Shown piece by piece: positions 60,895 through 64,000 of a stretch of 64,000 nt of DNA. The position numbers were made by a program, and so were the translations under genes. The stretch's first letter is position 1. Every line of letters starts with the position of its first letter. The stretch lies in NCBI GenBank assembly GCA_010015585.1, contig ML975167.1; one strand, given 5' to 3'. Under the pieces are notes generated by a model. That model did not search any database. It saw only the letters and a program-made list of their open reading frames with translations, and had not been told where the DNA came from. Source of the stretch: Eremomyces bilateralis CBS 781.70 (Eukaryota).

Positions 60895-61686
60895 TCAATC
60901 CTATCATGTTGTTAGCAGTCATTCTATAGATGTTGAAAAGGTTTAAAATCCGTATTGCAAGGGGGATGTGAAGGCGTTGAATCTGGGAAATAACCAGATG
61001 GCGCCAAACAAATAGAGCTGACTCAAATGGGGTATTCGATTCAAAACTTACCCATCCTTGATCCTTTTGCCGTACGATATCGCCCTTTCGGCCGGTTTGC
61101 TTTCCAGTCTTCCCCCCCTCCACGACGAGTTTGTCGAACTGGAACATCTGGCTGATGACCGTTTGTCTCTGCAGATCCCAATGGTTAGCAGCGGTTCGCC
61201 TGAGCGCACGAAAATGGAGTGCTATGAAAATTTCTGCGAGGGACGACCATCCACCCCACGGTCTTCGTCGGATCGCATTCCTCATATATCACGTCTAAGA
61301 TGATGGACAACGGGGCAAAACGGTGACGGGCGTGTACTCACCTTCAAAACCTGCAGCTCTTGGAGCCCCTTCTGCATCATCTCCTGTACCTTGCGTTCCT
61401 CTGTGATAGCTTGGTTCTCCCTAAACGCGTCTCTCGTCCGTCGTTTCGCATATTCTCGGAAGTTGTAGTTGGCGAACTGGTTGCCTTGACGGAGGAGGGA
61501 TCGATACTGCCATGACTTTGGTTAACCGCGTCCTTCTACACCTTGATGGACTCATCGACCAATTATGCGCGCATTTGGACGTCCAAGGCGAAGGCCACCA
61601 GCTTCTTCGAAATGCCGCGGACACCCGAAAGGAGGACTCACCAACGATCGGGCTTGCGAGCCGACGTTTGACTTCGCGACTGACAT
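60895..61686 (-). CDS. ISD11: LYR-motif protein Isd11/LYRM4, accessory subunit of the Nfs1 cysteine desulfurase; 4 exons
   Basis: Exons 61686-61642, 61506-61342, 61168-61052 and 60900-60895: [82 protein letters not shown]. Confidence 0.92.
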
Positions 61687-62090
61687 GGCGCCTGTGTGAT
61701 GAGTTCAAGGACGTGATATCCACATGTTCGACGGGAATTCCAGCGCTCCAAGTGATTTCCCGACGTTGTCGAAGCTCTTTCTGATGTAGTGGTTTCGGGG
61801 ATAGAAAGATTTCGAGGTGGTTGTCGTCATGTCGGCCGGGATGCCGTTGATGGCTTGGCATTTCAGTTCCACATCCCCCAACACCACATCATCTCTCTTC
61901 TGTATTCTTATTCCTCTGCAGGTTCCCGAAAGTTAACAATGCCACTCATTTAATTGAGTCTTATATTATCTTCATATTGTCCTACTAACAAGGGAGTCAT
62001 AGTGCATAAACATCGTGAAATCCATATCTAGACCAAGTCCCGAATATCCTCATGGGGACGGACCGATCCAATCCTCCCCATCCATACCCT

Positions 62091-62718
62091 TCACGAACTC
62101 TCAGCTTTTTGGATTTCAGGGCTTTTTCGTAGCAATGGCGTCTTCTCAGTAACATTCCCCGATATCTCCCTCCTCTCCTCCTCCTTTCGCCTCCTCTCCT
62201 CCTCCTTTCGCCTCCTCTCCTTCCTTTTCCGGCCCGCCAATTCCACCACTTCCATTCCCGGGCTCCTCTCCATCCGCTCGAAGAACCGCTGCGTCGCCCC
62301 GGGCCAGCACCGCCTACATCCTGCGATGATCGCCCTATAGATGACGGCCCATCCGACTAAGACGATCACCATCGTGAAGCTGGCATACTGCAGAGTGCTC
62401 CATATGGGATACGTGATCGACTGCGCAGGATTCCGGTACGGCGTATACCCGGATGTCAGGATGCAGAGAACGAACACAAGAACAGGAGGCAGCCCCAAAA
62501 GGATGGCGCGCCATAGGGCGGGCCAGAAGATTTCGAAGGTTTCGCGGTAAGTAAGTCCGTCCCATGGATCGGGCTCTGCATATAAACATCGTCAACGGGG
62601 TGGATACGGACATATGGGTAGCATATGACATACCGTCTTCGCTTTCCTCTTCCGCGGCACTACCTGGGTGGATTTCGGATCGCTCTAGATCTCTGGGGAT
62701 GGTCTCCTCGACCGCCAT
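62091..62718 (-). CDS. Small two-TM hypothetical membrane protein; 2 exons
   Basis: An intron GTATGT..TTGAC..CAG (~62633-62576) joins MAVEETIPRDLE..ESEDE to PDPWDGLTYRETFEIFWPALWRAILLGLPPVLVFVLCIL; two hydrophobic segments; C-terminal EKTPLL dileucine-like motif; 21-bp repeat encoding ERRRKEE. Confidence 0.7.
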
Positions 62719-63105
62719 GAAATTAGTCCTTGAGAGGCAGATTGTGGACCGTCCATATGCTTCAAATGGACGCTGTAATATTTGCTTGTCCTTCGATTTC
62801 TGTCAGGATTCCACCTTTTAGTTAGGAAGGAGGTGGAGGATGACTTGGAGAGTAAGTTCGTCGAAATATTCCCCTCGAGTGGGTAGACCATGGGGTGGTT
62901 CGCCTCGTATCCAGTTCATATGCACTGCGGCACGACTGCTTGGCAATAATGACCAGGCTGCAAAGTAATACCGGAAAAGCATAGAGAACGTACCTAGTCC
63001 ATCAGTACGTATAGCAATTGCTATATACTACCAATCCCAGCACATCCATAAACTCATAGCCACCATGTTATCTAAAGACGAACTCTAGTTGGAAGTAATC
63101 CAGTG

Positions 63106-64000
63106 CTATCTCCCTGGAACCTCCCCCGCTCCCCAAGCCCTCAACTCCTCCCCCGTCATCCCCTCCATCATCCGCTTATTCCCCTCCCACTTCGCAAACG
63201 CCGCCGCCTGCAGCAAACAATCACTCAAATCATCCAACTTCCCGATCCCCTCCTCCTCTCCCTTTTTCCTCCGCCCCTTCTTCCCCAGCTCCACAAACGC
63301 CCTCGCCATCTCTCCCGCCTGCCCTTCAAACCCCACCGTTATCCCCTCCCCCTCCCCCACCCCCTCCCTCACCCACCGCCCCACGACCTCCACCCTCCTG
63401 CTCTTCTCCCTTTTTCCTTTCCCCTTCCCCCCCTTCCCCCCCTTCTCCCCTCCAACCCACCACCCCACCACCCTCGCCGGACTCACCCCCACCACCTCCC
63501 TCCTTTCCCCATCCCCCATCCCCAACACGCTCCACAGCCCCATCTCCAACAACCCCACCCGCACCGTCCACTGCTGCACCGCCGCCGCCCCGCCCGTCCG
63601 CCACCGCTGCCGCTCGATCAACACCGCAGATGGCTTATGCGGACGCACCCATTCGTCCACCACCCGACGCGCGAGCGAGGCGAGCGCGGAGGGCGCGAAT
63701 GGGTCGGGGGGGAGGTATGTTGTTTGCAGAGAGTCGGAGGGGGTGGGGGAGGGCGAGGGGACGGCAGGGACGAGCTCGATACGCCGCCAGTGGGTGACGG
63801 TAAGGGATGGGGATAACGATGAGGATGCAGGGGGGAAGTCGAGCTGCGCGACGCAGATTCCCAGGTTACGGAGGCCGAGGTCGATGCTGACGATGGTGGG
63901 ACGGGGGGTGGGGGAGAGGCGGTGGAGGTGGAGGGCGGTGCGGAGATTGGTGAGGAGGGTGGGTTTGGTGCCGGTGGTCGGGGCGCCGAGGTGGTGGAGG
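63106..64000 (-). CDS. CCE1: Mitochondrial Holliday-junction resolvase Cce1/Ydc2 (5' end outside the window)
   Basis: SAP-like LGAPTTGTKPTLL, catalytic IVSIDLGLRNLGIC, VLIERQRWRTGG..WTVRVGLLE and KLDDLSDCLLQA. Confidence 0.88.
   Translation of the reverse strand, partial: LHHLGAPTTGTKPTLLTNLRTALHLHRLSPTPRPTIVSIDLGLRNLGICVAQLDFPPASSSLSPSLTVTHWRRIELVPAVPSPSPTPSDSLQTTYLPPDPFAPSALASLARRVVDEWVRPHKPSAVLIERQRWRTGGAAAVQQWTVRVGLLEMGLWSVLGMGDGERREVVGVSPARVVGWWVGGEKGGKGGKGKGKREKSRRVEVVGRWVREGVGEGEGITVGFEGQAGEMARAFVELGKKGRRKKGEEEGIGKLDDLSDCLLQAAAFAKWEGNKRMMEGMTGEELRAWGAGEVPGR

Noticed and set aside
63103..63816. 237-aa Pro/His-rich plus-strand ORF
   Set aside because: Antisense product of the G-rich CCE1 coding strand.
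1..64000. CRISPR arrays, rRNA genes, TPP riboswitch, intact transposons
   Set aside because: None seen: no repeat-spacer arrays, rRNA signatures, TPP aptamer core or transposase/RT ORFs were recognised.

Overview
Eukaryotic DNA from a filamentous ascomycete (Pezizomycotina, probably a dothideomycete), judged from short GT..CTRAC..YAG introns and gene content. I spliced about 21 protein-coding genes by hand and found one intron-containing tRNA-Trp. The left part (1-36 kb) and right part (53-64 kb) are mostly housekeeping genes: an AT-hook protein, SSZ1, a Gemin2/Brr1-like protein, RNR1, EFM6, a HAD-IIA hydrolase, PBP1/ataxin-2, BUD6, a TPX2-like protein, COG1, an atypical SDR, ISD11 and a partial CCE1/Ydc2. 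Between tRNA-Trp (36.6 kb) and COG1 (53.2 kb) is a gene-poor, accessory-looking interval. It holds an Ecl1-family gene and a head-to-head pair, which is the best candidate for an undescribed system. One partner is a secreted M6 (InhA-like) metalloprotease. The other is a cryptic, intact 10-exon gene that the ORF track shows only as fragments; it encodes a 536-aa protein with a toxin-like hydrophobic hairpin, a Cys-rich C-terminal domain and a GPI-like tail. Other notable signals are an in-frame retainable intron in the PBP1 low-complexity tail, an A31-C39 mismatch in tRNA-Trp, a 6-nt terminal exon in ISD11, a possible Rtt102/BCL7-like protein, and repeated strand-symmetric C-rich to G-rich skew switches inside genes. 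No database searches were run; family calls come from motif recognition.
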